This document shows positions 12,543-23,120 of a DNA stretch of 64,000 bases, in pieces. Both the position numbers and the translations under genes were made by a program. Source of the DNA: Turneriella sp. GTDB lineage: Bacteria > Spirochaetota > Leptospiria > Turneriellales > Turneriellaceae. A model generated the notes under the pieces. The model was not told where the DNA came from and searched no databases. It saw nothing but the letters and a program-made list of their open reading frames with translations. How positions within the stretch are numbered: the stretch's first letter is position 1; each line of letters begins with the position of its first letter. The DNA lies in the NCBI GenBank assembly GCA_965279515.1, contig CBDIID010000003.1, forward strand, positions 608,001-672,000, given 5' to 3'.

Positions 12543-13511
12543 ATGGATAACCTGACACATTCCATGACCGCTGCCATTGCAGCAAAATTCGTCCGCAAGG
12601 GCGGCGAAGCACTGCCGGCGCGCCCGATCTTCTGGCTGCTCATCGCCAGCGTCAATTTTCCCGACCTGGATGTGGTGATGGCGCTGTTCCGCGATCCGAT
12701 TCTCAGCATCAAGACGCACAGGTGGATTACCCACTCTGTTCTCGCTGCCCCGTTTTTTGCAGTCATACCCGCGGCGTTATTTTACCGTTTCAGCAGCATC
12801 AAGGATTTCCGTGTGCTATGGCTCACGGCGCAACTGGGTATTTTCCTGCATATCTTCTGCGATCTTGTGACGCCCTATGGAACCCAGCTTTTGGCGCCCT
12901 TTTCAACCCAGCGCTTTACGCTGGGTTCGCTATTTATCGTCGATCTGTATTTCTCGTTCGGCCTGCTGGCGCTGATCCTGCTCGGCAGGTACCATGCCCG
13001 CCGCAAAAAACTTTGGCAGAGGTTTGCGCTGGGGTATCTGATATTTTATCTTTTGGGCACATTTTGTATCCACGAGTATGCCGATGCGCGGGTGCGGCGC
13101 GTGGTGCGCGAGAAGCAGATCGTGTTTGAGAAGATCTCAACGCTGCCCTTGCCTTTAAGCGTTTTTGACTGGGTGGGCCTTGTCCAGGCAAAGGACGGTG
13201 TTCATCGTGTTTTTTTCTCTTTATGGAATAACCAGATGGTGTTCGAAGACCTGAAACACGCCGACGATGTCTTCGCGCAAAAAGCGAAACAGCATCCGCA
13301 CACGCAGTGGTATTTTGGCTTTGCCCATCATCCCCGATTGATTTCGTATACGCAGGACAAGAACCAAATTGTTGAAATACAGGATCTGCAATTTTCTGCG
13401 CCACTCAAACTCATCAAGATGATCGGTGCCGAGCGGCGACGCCCGCCCTTTACCTTAAGATTCACCTACAACGCCCAGGCTGAACTCACAGGCAGCACGT
13501 TCAACGAATAG
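12543..13511 (+). CDS. YdjM-like membrane metal-dependent hydrolase
   Basis: MDNLTH, PDLD, HRWITHS and HIFCDLVTPYG motifs. Confidence 0.88.
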   Translation: MDNLTHSMTAAIAAKFVRKGGEALPARPIFWLLIASVNFPDLDVVMALFRDPILSIKTHRWITHSVLAAPFFAVIPAALFYRFSSIKDFRVLWLTAQLGIFLHIFCDLVTPYGTQLLAPFSTQRFTLGSLFIVDLYFSFGLLALILLGRYHARRKKLWQRFALGYLIFYLLGTFCIHEYADARVRRVVREKQIVFEKISTLPLPLSVFDWVGLVQAKDGVHRVFFSLWNNQMVFEDLKHADDVFAQKAKQHPHTQWYFGFAHHPRLISYTQDKNQIVEIQDLQFSAPLKLIKMIGAERRRPPFTLRFTYNAQAELTGSTFNE

Positions 13512-15314
13512 CTAGGCCTCGGCCGGTTCATCGCGAAACGGTGACCGGGATTCATACTCTGTCGCGGCAAGTTTGCCCACATAATAATTACCGACCGTCC
13601 GGTAGAACCAGTTGTCGGAGTGGAAAAGTAAAAAATAATCTTCGCGTTCTGCACCGACCGTGGACTTGATTTCGAGCGCTGTACGGCCCAAATGGATCGC
13701 CGGGAGTTTTTTCGCAATGCCCTCTTCGACATAATCATAGAGCATGCGTTGGTATAATTTCTGCTCTGCGTTGACCGCGCTCTCAAAGCCGACATAGTGG
13801 GCGATGAGTCTGTCCCCCGCATCCATCGAGCTGCGGAAACCGACGAGGCGGTTCTCGAAAAAATAGCCGTAGAGTGAAAATTCAGGCATGCCGGCAAGGC
13901 GCATAAAATAGTCTTCGGAAACCTGCTCGAGGTTAAATTTGTCGAGACGCACGATATTGCTGAATAATGCGTTGATTTCTGTTTTGTACTGAGCGATCTG
14001 CGGCAGGTTCAATTTCTGCATCGTCACCGCGGCGCTTTTTTTCAGCGTGCTCTGGTAGCGCTGCCGGTACTTCGTGCGCATCGCGGCCACGTAAGCCGCC
14101 ACTGTCGGCCAGACATTTTGCACCACCATGTTCGGGTCGACCTGGAACTTTTTAAACTCGGCCGGCGTCTTTTTCAGCGGCAGGGGAATATCCTTGATAA
14201 TGACCGCGTCAAAATCGATGGCATCTTTGAGTTTGCGGAGCGCGGCTGTGACGGCGTCGGCCTCGTCCATATCATCGGGTTTCGAAACGAAACGAAAATC
14301 ACCGGTGAGGTTCGGGCAGCCGTTAACCAATATCGAAATCTGGCGGTTTTGTACGAAGAATTGGATCACCCTGCGCACAAGGCTCTTACCCAGCGAGCCT
14401 TTGGCCTTTACGTATCCCAAAAGCTCGCGCGGCGTCACGGTGAGTTTTTGAAACAGCAAAAGCGCATCTGAGCCATTGGGACCTCCCACTTTGACAAAAT
14501 AGCTCTGCCCCTCGATGCCATGGCTCACCTGCGAGATGTAGGATGCGAGCCAGAGTTGGTCCTTGAAGTACAGGTCAACACCCTTGATCTGGTCGAGTTT
14601 TGTATAGATGATCGAACCGATTTTTTTCTGCAGCCGGCGCCGCGCAATGGCGCGCGCGATTTTTTTACCGATGACAATCAGCAGCAAAAGGACGGTCGAC
14701 ATGCCGAAATAGATCGGAATGTAATACAGGGGATTTTTGACGTAGGGACTCAGTGCCGTGGTGATGAGCGCAATGCAGAAAATGCCCGGCATCAGCCCCA
14801 AAAAGGTGCCGACGATATAGAGGCGCAGGTTAACGCCCACGGCGCCGGCGAGGTAGTTCTCGATCGTGAACGGTGCCACCGGGGTCAGGCGGATGATCAT
14901 CACGGTGGCAAGGCTCGGCGAACGCAGGGCATCCTTCAGATCGGAAAGCCGGCGGTTGTCGAGAAATTTGAAAACCTGCTTTTGGCTGAACCAGGCGCCA
15001 AAATAATAATTCATGATCGCAGCCGTCATGGTTCCGGCAAAACAATACAGGATTCCCGGAAAAAGACCAAAGCTTAGAATGGTACCATAGAGCAGAATAC
15101 TGATGGGGAAAACAAAAAGACTCAGCAGGCAGTAGATACCCACAACCAGGAACCCGGCCCAGGGGGTGTTGGGAATATTCCGGACGCTATTACTGATCGA
15201 GTCGATCAGCGCGGGATCCAAAAATTTCCAGGATAGCCCGAGCGCAAACAGCAATAACAGCGGAAAACTCAGCCGCAGCAGATCGACAAAACGGCCCATC
15301 TTGCTCCGCGCCAT
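13512..15314 (-). CDS. VTT/TVP38 (DedA-like) membrane domain fused to GNAT/FemAB-like domain
   Basis: IRLTPVAPF..ENYLAG VTT motif; C-terminal MRTKYRQR...LYQRMLY...IHLGRTALEIKSTVGA; start uncertain. Confidence 0.75.
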   Translation of the reverse strand: MARSKMGRFVDLLRLSFPLLLLFALGLSWKFLDPALIDSISNSVRNIPNTPWAGFLVVGIYCLLSLFVFPISILLYGTILSFGLFPGILYCFAGTMTAAIMNYYFGAWFSQKQVFKFLDNRRLSDLKDALRSPSLATVMIIRLTPVAPFTIENYLAGAVGVNLRLYIVGTFLGLMPGIFCIALITTALSPYVKNPLYYIPIYFGMSTVLLLLIVIGKKIARAIARRRLQKKIGSIIYTKLDQIKGVDLYFKDQLWLASYISQVSHGIEGQSYFVKVGGPNGSDALLLFQKLTVTPRELLGYVKAKGSLGKSLVRRVIQFFVQNRQISILVNGCPNLTGDFRFVSKPDDMDEADAVTAALRKLKDAIDFDAVIIKDIPLPLKKTPAEFKKFQVDPNMVVQNVWPTVAAYVAAMRTKYRQRYQSTLKKSAAVTMQKLNLPQIAQYKTEINALFSNIVRLDKFNLEQVSEDYFMRLAGMPEFSLYGYFFENRLVGFRSSMDAGDRLIAHYVGFESAVNAEQKLYQRMLYDYVEEGIAKKLPAIHLGRTALEIKSTVGAEREDYFLLFHSDNWFYRTVGNYYVGKLAATEYESRSPFRDEPAEA

Positions 15315-15392
15315 AACAAGTCGCTCTGCGATTGGTAAACCGAACGTCAATGGGTTGACGGCGCGTGGGATAAGTAAGCGTGCTGTCCGACT

Positions 15393-15893
15393 ATGATGCC
15401 CAACCTTGCAATTGTTGCAGCTGCAGCGCTTATCCCTCTTTTGATGGGATTTATTTGGTACCACCCGAAAGTATTCGGCACCGCGTGGATGAACCTCGCG
15501 GGCCTGACTGAAGAAAAGATGAAAGGCGCGAATATGGCCCTCGTCTTTATCTTAAGTTATGTTTTCGCTTTTATGATGGGGCTCGCGATTATGGGCATCG
15601 TCATACACCAGGGACATATTTATTCGATTCTCGTGAAGACACCAGGCTTCGGTGTGGCTGGTTCGCCCGTGATGACCATGCTCGACGGCTTCATGCGCGA
15701 TTATGGCCATAATTTCCGTACTTTTAAGCACGGTGTTTTCCACGGTGTATTGTTTTCTATCTTTTTTGTTCTGCCTCTCATCGCGACGGGTGCGATGTTT
15801 GAACGCAAAAGCTTCAAATATATCTTCCTTAACTGGGGTTACTGGCTCGCCACGATCTCCCTCATGGGCGGCGTGATCTGTCAGTTTGCTTAG
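15393..15893 (+). CDS. DUF1761-family membrane protein
   Basis: GFIWYHPKVFGTAW, FRTFKHG and FERKSFKYIFLNWGYW. Confidence 0.85.
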   Translation: MMPNLAIVAAAALIPLLMGFIWYHPKVFGTAWMNLAGLTEEKMKGANMALVFILSYVFAFMMGLAIMGIVIHQGHIYSILVKTPGFGVAGSPVMTMLDGFMRDYGHNFRTFKHGVFHGVLFSIFFVLPLIATGAMFERKSFKYIFLNWGYWLATISLMGGVICQFA

Positions 15894-15896
15894 GAT

Positions 15897-16005
15897 AATC
15901 TAAAAGGCGCATCTTGGGAAAACCGAGGCAGGCCGCTTCGGCCGCTTTAGCAGCACTTTGCAAAGCAAAGTGCGGGGCCTCTGGTTTTCCTGCGCATTTT
16001 AGATT
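15897..16005. repeat. Intergenic imperfect palindrome with nested hairpins (REP/MITE-like)
   Basis: AATCTAAAAGGCGCA..GGAAAACC versus GGTTTTCCTGCGCATTTTAGATT; internal GCACTTTGC-AAA-GCAAAGTGC. Confidence 0.6.
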
Positions 16006-16073
16006 TCACACGGTCACAATCGCCCCCTTATAAAACAGGGTTTACGTACCCACCCCCCAATCCCTGATGCGTC

Positions 16074-17552
16074 ATGGCATCTAAACGTAACCCCATCAAA
16101 CGCGCCGCCCTCGTCCTGCTCACTGGTCTCATTCTCTTCATCGGCTATACAATCATCTTCACGGAACCACGCATCCACCCGGTTACACCCGGCTCGACAG
16201 CCCCCGCCGTCGATTATGCCGCGCTAAGTCTTGAGGCCGCGGCAGATCTGCAAAAATATATCCGCATCGCGACGGTGCGCGGCAAAGAGCGCGAGGGTGC
16301 GCTATTCCTGAAAGCCATTCTCGATAAGCGTGGCATTCCCTCGCGGCTCATTGCCTACCCCGGCAAGCCTGACCGCGTCTCTTTGGTTGCGGAACTCAAG
16401 GGTAAGGATTCCAGCAAGGGCGGACTCATTCTCACGAGCCACATCGACGTCGTCGAAGCCGATGCCCGCGAATGGGTGCATCCGCCTTTTGCCGGCCTGC
16501 TTGCGGGCGGCAATGTCCATGGCCGCGGCGCTGTCGACACTAAAGGCTTAGGCATCATGCAGCTCTATGCGTTTTTACTCGCGCACGAGAAAAAAATACC
16601 GCTCGAAACCAATCTGATGTTCCTCGCGGTTGCCGACGAAGAGAGCCGTTCGGAGCACGGCATGCGTTTTCTGGTGCGCCAGCACCGTGACATCTTCAAT
16701 GGTTATGAATATGTCTGGAATGAAGGCGGCACAGGCAGTAAGGACGTGGCCATCAAGGGCACGAAACTTTTTAATATCCAGCTCGCAGAAAAGGGCGCTG
16801 TGTGGCTGGATCTCAAATCGAAGGCCAACCCCGGCCACGGCAGCACTCCGCCTCTCACCTATGCGGCGAAGGCGATGGTAGATTTTTTAACCGAAGTGCA
16901 GACGATTTCGGAGAAAACGCAGATCGACGACCAGGCCGCGGCATTTTTTTCTTCGCTGGCAGACCTGTTGCCCTTCCCGCAATCCTTTGCGCTGCGCCGC
17001 TCACGCAACCCCGCGCTTTTTCCGCTGATTAAGAAGAGTATCAACCTGAGCCGCCACCTCATCGCCATGACGCGCAATACCGTCAGCATCACCGGCATCG
17101 ACACGCACCCGATCGGCATCAATGTCATCACGTCTGAAACGACGGGGTCTATCGACATGCGCATTTTGCCCGGGCTGGATGAAAAACAGATGGTCGAACG
17201 CATCAAGGCCATCGGCGCAAAGCATAACGTCGAAGTCACGCCGCGCCATATGGAGGCAGGCTCGATTTCTCCGATGGATGGCCTGCTGTTCCGCGTCATC
17301 GCAGGGGTTGCGGTCAAGACAGTGCCCGGCTCGAACGCCGCACCCTTCATGTCGCCTGGCACAACCGATAGTTCTTACCTGCGGCAAATTGGCCTGAAAT
17401 GTTACGGGCTGATTCCCGCCCTGCTGTCAACAGAAGAGATCGACGGCATCCACGGCAAGAATGAAAGTATGGCGGTCGACCACCTGAAAGTGGGGATTGA
17501 GATACTCTTTAAGTCTGTAGTCGAGTACAACTACCAGTTACAGAAAAAATAA
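16074..17552 (+). CDS. M20/M25/M40 metallopeptidase, membrane anchored
   Basis: SHIDVV, GRGAVDTKG, ADEE, GHGS, GTTDS and IHGKNE motifs. Confidence 0.9.
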   Translation: MASKRNPIKRAALVLLTGLILFIGYTIIFTEPRIHPVTPGSTAPAVDYAALSLEAAADLQKYIRIATVRGKEREGALFLKAILDKRGIPSRLIAYPGKPDRVSLVAELKGKDSSKGGLILTSHIDVVEADAREWVHPPFAGLLAGGNVHGRGAVDTKGLGIMQLYAFLLAHEKKIPLETNLMFLAVADEESRSEHGMRFLVRQHRDIFNGYEYVWNEGGTGSKDVAIKGTKLFNIQLAEKGAVWLDLKSKANPGHGSTPPLTYAAKAMVDFLTEVQTISEKTQIDDQAAAFFSSLADLLPFPQSFALRRSRNPALFPLIKKSINLSRHLIAMTRNTVSITGIDTHPIGINVITSETTGSIDMRILPGLDEKQMVERIKAIGAKHNVEVTPRHMEAGSISPMDGLLFRVIAGVAVKTVPGSNAAPFMSPGTTDSSYLRQIGLKCYGLIPALLSTEEIDGIHGKNESMAVDHLKVGIEILFKSVVEYNYQLQKK

Positions 17553-17612
17553 CCAGTCCCTTCGTTGAAATGGCTATTCAGCATAGCCATCCCTGCGGGC
17601 AAGTCAACAACG

Positions 17613-18491
17613 ATGGATTTTGTAGATTATTACCAGGTACTGGGCGTCAGCAAATCGGCGACAGACGAAGAGATCAAGACCGCCTACCGCAAACTCGCGC
17701 GTAAATACCACCCCGACCTGAATCCCAATAACAAGGATGCTAAAAGTAAATTCCAGCAACTCAATGAAGCCAACGAGGTGCTCAGCAATAAGGAAAATCG
17801 CCGCAAGTACGACCAGTACGGCAAGGATTTCAAACACGTCGATGAAAGCGCAGGGCCGCGGAATTCGTATTCCTCTCCCGGCGGCGGTCCCTTCACTTAT
17901 TCCGGCGGCAATGAAGATTTTTCCGACTTCTTCCGCTCGATGTTCGAGGGCCGCGCGGGTGGCGGCCGCGAAGTTAAATTCCGGGGCCAGGATATTGCCG
18001 CCGAACTGCACTTACCGCTGAGACAGGCATATAAGTCGCACCAGGAAATTCTGACGGTAGGCGGCAAACAGATCCGCGTCACTATACCCGCGGGGCTGGA
18101 AAACGGGCAAACGCTGACGCTGGCAGGCCAGGGTGGCCCCGGAATGGGTGGCGGCCCGCAGGGCGATCTCTATATCACTTTTGCCATTGCGGATGATCCG
18201 CAATTCAAACGCCTGGGAGCCGATCTCTATACAACCGTCGATCTCGATCTTTATACCGCAATACTCGGCGGTGAGGTCGTCATCGACACGCTCGACGGAA
18301 GCGTAAAACTGAAAGTTGCTCCCGAGACGCAAAATGACTCCAAGGTAAAATTAAAAGGCAAAGGCTTTCCGGTCTTTAAGAAAGAGGGAGAGTTCGGCGA
18401 CCTCTATGTAACCTTTAAAGTAAAATTGCCGACCGGGCTTACGTCGAGGCAGAAAGAACTCTTTAGCGAACTATCACAGGAGGGAAAATGA
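17613..18491 (+). CDS. cbpA: Curved DNA-binding protein (DnaJ family)
   Basis: J domain with HPD, DnaJ_C, no zinc finger; followed by a CbpM-like gene. Confidence 0.88.
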   Translation: MDFVDYYQVLGVSKSATDEEIKTAYRKLARKYHPDLNPNNKDAKSKFQQLNEANEVLSNKENRRKYDQYGKDFKHVDESAGPRNSYSSPGGGPFTYSGGNEDFSDFFRSMFEGRAGGGREVKFRGQDIAAELHLPLRQAYKSHQEILTVGGKQIRVTIPAGLENGQTLTLAGQGGPGMGGGPQGDLYITFAIADDPQFKRLGADLYTTVDLDLYTAILGGEVVIDTLDGSVKLKVAPETQNDSKVKLKGKGFPVFKKEGEFGDLYVTFKVKLPTGLTSRQKELFSELSQEGK

Positions 18492-18781
18492 GCGTCGCCG
18501 AAAATCTGATTCCTGTCGGGAAATTTTGCGAAAGCCACCAGATCGACATCACCTTCGTTGCGCGTTTGCGCGAGAACGGGCTTGTGGATCTCGTCAGCGA
18601 CAGCGACGTACTTTATGTGCATGTGGAAAACATCCCCCGCCTGGAGAGAATTGTACGCCTGCATTTCGAACTCAACATCAATGTCGAAGGGATCGAGGCA
18701 ATTTCACACCTGCTCGAGCGGCTTGAAGAGAAACAACAGGAAATCACCCTACTGAAGAACCGCCTGCGCCTTTATGAGTGA
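18488..18781 (+). CDS. cbpM: Chaperone modulator CbpM (MerR-like)
   Basis: RLHFELNINVEGIEAI..LL motif; translationally coupled to cbpA. Confidence 0.85.
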   Translation: MSVAENLIPVGKFCESHQIDITFVARLRENGLVDLVSDSDVLYVHVENIPRLERIVRLHFELNINVEGIEAISHLLERLEEKQQEITLLKNRLRLYE

Positions 18782-18784
18782 GAC

Positions 18785-19303
18785 ATGGAAACGGCAGAAC
18801 GGATTGTCACTTACTTAGGCCAGCTCACCGCGTATGCGCAGGCGCAACTTGCGGATAAAGATCTCGCAGCAGACGCGGTCCAGGAAGCCGTGGCAAAGGC
18901 GGTGAAAGCAGCGGCAAATCTCAGGGAAGAAGATAAACTTCTGCCCTGGCTCTACAGCATCCTCAGGAATACCATCGCGGATCTATCCCGTAAACAGGCG
19001 CGCGAAGTAGCCACAGCAGCCTTAGCCGAAGACATGGCGGCGCCCGACGCTGCCGAACGCGACCAGGCCTGCGAGTGTTTTAAACCACTCATCGCCACCC
19101 TGCCCTCCGATTATGGTGAGATCATCAGGGCAGTCGATCTTGAAGAAGAACCGCGGGAGAACGTGGCAGCCCGCCTGGGCGTCACGGTACCCAATCTGAA
19201 CGTAAAAATCCATCGTGCCCGGGAGAAATTGCGGAGCGCCATCGAACAAAGCTGCAAAATGTGCGCAAAGCATGGTTGCCTCAACTGCACTTGTGTACAC
19301 TGA
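18785..19303 (+). CDS. CorE-like metal-responsive ECF sigma factor
   Basis: sigma2 (DAVQE, WLYSILRN) and sigma4; linker CEC; C-terminal CKMCAKHGCLNCTC. Confidence 0.8.
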   Translation: METAERIVTYLGQLTAYAQAQLADKDLAADAVQEAVAKAVKAAANLREEDKLLPWLYSILRNTIADLSRKQAREVATAALAEDMAAPDAAERDQACECFKPLIATLPSDYGEIIRAVDLEEEPRENVAARLGVTVPNLNVKIHRAREKLRSAIEQSCKMCAKHGCLNCTCVH

Positions 19304-19380
19304 GGGAGAAACTGCAGATTTTTTTCCACCAGGTGTAATATTTCAGGAGTGCATGAGTCTGCCGGGTATAGGAGATTTAT

Positions 19381-21726
19381 ATGAACCATAGCCACCACAA
19401 CCACGAACACACGCATGAAACGCTGCCCCAGGGCAAGGTCAAAGACCCCGTCTGCGGCATGATCATCGATCCCGCCCGGGCGGCTGCAAAGCAACAATAC
19501 AAGGGAGAAACGATTTACTTTTGCAACCTGGGTTGTGAGAAGAAATTCCTGCTTTCGCCTGAAACATACCTGCAACCAAAACCCAGGGTGAAAGTTGCGG
19601 CCGCCCCGACGCAGCATGGCGCGATGTATACCTGTCCCATGCATCCTGAGATACTCCAGGACCATCCCGGTGATTGCCCTAAGTGCGGCATGGCACTTGA
19701 GCCCGTGACACCGACCGCAGAGCCGACAGAGAACCATGAGCTTCAGGATATGAAACGCCGCTTCTGGCTTTCAACCGTTCTGACGCTGCCGCTCTTTGTC
19801 GCATCGATGCTCGATATGGTGCCGGCATTATCCCTGCAACACCGGCTGCCGCAGGGCTGGTTTGGCTGGCTGCAATTCGCCCTGGCGACACCGGTCACGC
19901 TCTGGGCAGGATTTCCCCTGCTGGCGAAGGCGTGGCGTTCGATAAAAAATATTTCACCGAACATGTTTACGCTCATTGGTTTGGGTACGCTGTCGGCGTA
20001 TTTTTTCAGCGTCATCGCGCTGGTTTTTCCGCAGTGGTTTCCCGCGGCTTTCCGCGGCCATGGCGGCAGTGTAGATCTGTATTTCGAAGCAGCCGCGGTG
20101 ATCACAAGCCTCGTGCTTTTGGGGCAAGTGCTTGAACTTACCGCGCGCGACGCCACCGGCGGCGCGATCAAGGCGCTGCTGGGGCTTAAAGCAACGACCG
20201 CGCACCGCGTGACTGCGGCAGGCAGCGAAGAGGATATTCCCCTCGAGCATGTGCATAAAGGCGATTTATTGCGCGTCAGGCCCGGCGAAAAGATTCCCGT
20301 CGATGGCATCGTCACTGAAGGGCAAAGTTATGTCGACGAATCGATGATCACGGGTGAAAGCATTCCCGCAGAGAAACGCGCCGGCGATGCTGTCACTGGC
20401 AGTACCATCAACACAACAGGTTCTTTCGTCATGAAAGCCGAACGCATCGGCAGTGAAACACTGTTATCGCAAATTGTAAATATGGTGAGTGCCGCGCAAA
20501 GGAGCCGTGCGCCGATTCAGCGCCTCGCCGACCTCGTCTCGGCCTGGTTTGTGCCGGCGGTCGTGCTGGTGGCCGCCCTTACATTCGTTACCTGGACAAT
20601 CTTCGGCCCCGAGCCGCGTTATGCCTATGCGTTTGTCAACGCCGTGGCAGTGCTCATCATCGCCTGCCCCTGCGCGCTGGGGCTTGCGACCCCGATGTCG
20701 ATCATGGTCGGCGTCGGCAATGCCGCGCGCCAGGGTATACTCATCAAAAACGCCGAAGCCCTCGAGGGCCTCGGCAAAGTCGACATACTCGTCGTTGATA
20801 AAACGGGCACGCTTACCGAAGGCAAACCCTCTGTCGTCGCGACCTTCGCCGCTGCGGAGTTCAGCGAACAGGCGGTTCTCGAAACCGCCGCGGCCCTCGA
20901 AAAATCGAGCGAACATCCGCTGGCGCGCGCCATCGTAGCCGCTGCAAAAAATGCATCCGGCAGCGTTACAGATTTCCAATCCGTGACGGGCAGCGGCGTG
21001 ACCGCGAAGGTTGCCGGTGTCGAATATGCTCTCGGTAACGAAAAGATGATGCTTGACCGCGGGATATCCGACTCTGCTGCCGATGCTTTTGCCCGCGAGC
21101 ACCGCGCCCGCGGCGAAACCGTTGTGTACCTGGCGCGCGGCAATAACCTTGCCGGTCTCATCGCCATCGCCGATCGCATTAAAGCCACATCGCCGGCGGC
21201 GATTCAGGCGCTGAAGGCAAACGGCATTCAGGTGGTGATGCTCACCGGCGACAATGCGCAGACCGCGCAGGCAATCGCGCATGCGCTGGGCATCGCCGAT
21301 TTCAGGGCCGACGTTAAACCCGCTGACAAGGCGGCGTTTGTTGAAAAACTGATCGGCGAAGGCCACAGCGTGGCGATGGCGGGCGACGGCGTCAATGATG
21401 CACCGGCGCTGGCGCGCGCGCATGTCGGCATTGCCATGGGTACCGGCACCGATGTCGCGATGGAAAGCGCGGGGATTACCCTCGTCAAGGGCGATCTCAT
21501 GAAAATCGCCACGGCGCGCGAGCTCAGCGTCGGCACGATGCGCAACATCAGACAGAATCTGCTGTTTGCCTTTGGTTATAATCTGTTGGGAGTACCCATT
21601 GCCGCGGGGCTGCTCTACCCGTTTTTCGGCATTCTCTTGAGCCCGATGCTCGGTGCCGCAGCGATGAGCCTCAGCTCCGTTTCGGTAATCAGCAATGCGC
21701 TGCGGTTGCGCAAGCGAGCAGCATAA
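19381..21726 (+). CDS. copA: Copper-translocating P1B-type ATPase with YHS and heavy-metal-binding domains
   Basis: [44 protein letters not shown] and MSLSS motifs. Confidence 0.93.
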   Translation: MNHSHHNHEHTHETLPQGKVKDPVCGMIIDPARAAAKQQYKGETIYFCNLGCEKKFLLSPETYLQPKPRVKVAAAPTQHGAMYTCPMHPEILQDHPGDCPKCGMALEPVTPTAEPTENHELQDMKRRFWLSTVLTLPLFVASMLDMVPALSLQHRLPQGWFGWLQFALATPVTLWAGFPLLAKAWRSIKNISPNMFTLIGLGTLSAYFFSVIALVFPQWFPAAFRGHGGSVDLYFEAAAVITSLVLLGQVLELTARDATGGAIKALLGLKATTAHRVTAAGSEEDIPLEHVHKGDLLRVRPGEKIPVDGIVTEGQSYVDESMITGESIPAEKRAGDAVTGSTINTTGSFVMKAERIGSETLLSQIVNMVSAAQRSRAPIQRLADLVSAWFVPAVVLVAALTFVTWTIFGPEPRYAYAFVNAVAVLIIACPCALGLATPMSIMVGVGNAARQGILIKNAEALEGLGKVDILVVDKTGTLTEGKPSVVATFAAAEFSEQAVLETAAALEKSSEHPLARAIVAAAKNASGSVTDFQSVTGSGVTAKVAGVEYALGNEKMMLDRGISDSAADAFAREHRARGETVVYLARGNNLAGLIAIADRIKATSPAAIQALKANGIQVVMLTGDNAQTAQAIAHALGIADFRADVKPADKAAFVEKLIGEGHSVAMAGDGVNDAPALARAHVGIAMGTGTDVAMESAGITLVKGDLMKIATARELSVGTMRNIRQNLLFAFGYNLLGVPIAAGLLYPFFGILLSPMLGAAAMSLSSVSVISNALRLRKRAA

Positions 21727-21783
21727 AATGAACCCCATGCAACCGTCAGGCGTCTAAACATATATTTTTGAGGAGATCAAACC

Positions 21784-22050
21784 ATGAAAACAAAATTCAC
21801 CACCACCCTGGCCGTCGCCGGCCTCTGCCTTTTTGCAGCGGGCATCTATGCCGGCGTCTCAGCAAAGTCGGCAGACAGAAGTATGGCGGAGTACTCAACA
21901 GCACCCATCGACCCGAAAAAGAAAAAGGCGGGTGAGGAATGCAAAGCCGCCGACGAGTGCCAACGTCACCACAGCTGCGTCAAAACCGGCGAGAAGAGCA
22001 TCTGCACCGCGCCACAGCACTTTAATCCGCCGAGCATTCCAAATACTTAG
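21784..22050 (+). CDS. Small secreted 4-Cys protein (paralog 1)
   Basis: GAGGAG RBS, signal peptide, DPKKKKAGEECKAADECQRHHSC..CTAP. Confidence 0.75.
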   Translation: MKTKFTTTLAVAGLCLFAAGIYAGVSAKSADRSMAEYSTAPIDPKKKKAGEECKAADECQRHHSCVKTGEKSICTAPQHFNPPSIPNT

Positions 22051-22535
22051 TCTGCGGGAAAGCCCGCCAGGTATTCCTGGGTTTTGCCGGCCTTCTCGGC
22101 TTTCACAAGCTTCTCCATAGATTCCAATTTGAATTGGGGATCCGATTTCTTCAGCACTTGATATACCTGTATGGTTGCAGTAATCGCCGCAGGTACATCG
22201 TGCTCCTTTTTACCGGAGGCCAGTTGCGATTTCACGCTGCCTGAGATATAAGCACAGAGCAGAATGGGACTCAAATCCTTTTTGCCGGAAGTCTTATCCT
22301 TGATCCAGACGACACCCGTGCGTTGCCCTATCAAAACAGAAACATCGGAGCTTTCGGTCGCAAAGCCCAACATGACCCCGCAATGGGGCTTGGCATTGGC
22401 GATGGGGTCAGCCCGAAAGGCCTTGCTCGCGGCTTCAAACTGCGCAGCGGTAAACTGCGGCTTATCTTCGCCGTGTAGCATGCCGATGGTAAAAATGCAC
22501 GGGGGCAGCAATAACTTTGCGAATATGTTTTTCAT
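22047..22535 (-). CDS. Hypothetical exported protein
   Basis: Signal-peptide-like start MKNIFAKLLL. Confidence 0.6.
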   Translation of the reverse strand: MKNIFAKLLLPPCIFTIGMLHGEDKPQFTAAQFEAASKAFRADPIANAKPHCGVMLGFATESSDVSVLIGQRTGVVWIKDKTSGKKDLSPILLCAYISGSVKSQLASGKKEHDVPAAITATIQVYQVLKKSDPQFKLESMEKLVKAEKAGKTQEYLAGFPAD

Positions 22536-22802
22536 GGGTCGCTCCGCTCGAAAGTGCTTTGTTGACTGGTATCCAAGCCAGTCTGCCGAATGCCATTTTT
22601 TCACAATATAAGCAGTCAACGGAAATAACCGAACGCATCGCGCATCCCGCGGATAAAATTTTACTTTTCTGGGCTTGAATGGAAATCAATCTCATCCCTC
22701 TCCTGACCTACTTTGGGATGATTCGCCGCAGCCCGCTGCAAATAAAGTTGACCTTTCACGGCCGGGCGGCGTCCAATACTGGACACTTTTAAGGAAACAA
22801 CG

Positions 22803-23063
22803 ATGCTAAAAACAACCACAACAATTCTGCTCATCGCGGGCATGGCCCTCATCGGTGGCATAACGCATGCAAAGCAACGCGCGCCGGCGATTATGGCCGA
22901 CGAAGCCCCGCCCGAGCCGCCGGATCCGAAAAAGAAAAAGCCCGGCGAAGAATGCAAGGCCTCTGACGAATGCCAGCGCCACCACGAATGCAAAAAAGAT
23001 GGCGACAAGGGAGTCTGCACGGCGCCGCCAGCACCGAAACTGCCACCGGGCGCCGTGACCTGA
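22803..23063 (+). CDS. Small secreted 4-Cys protein (paralog 2)
   Basis: AAGGA RBS, signal peptide, DPKKKKPGEECKASDECQRHHEC..CTAP. Confidence 0.75.
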   Translation: MLKTTTTILLIAGMALIGGITHAKQRAPAIMADEAPPEPPDPKKKKPGEECKASDECQRHHECKKDGDKGVCTAPPAPKLPPGAVT

Positions 23064-23120
23064 CGGGCGCGGCAATGGGTTGGAATACCACCTGGGTGGC
23101 GGCGCTCAGCTATTCCTGAA

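Noticed and set aside
20464..21738. 424-aa antisense ORF
   Set aside because: Shadow of the GC-rich copA gene; the same applies to most other short overlapping ORFs in the track
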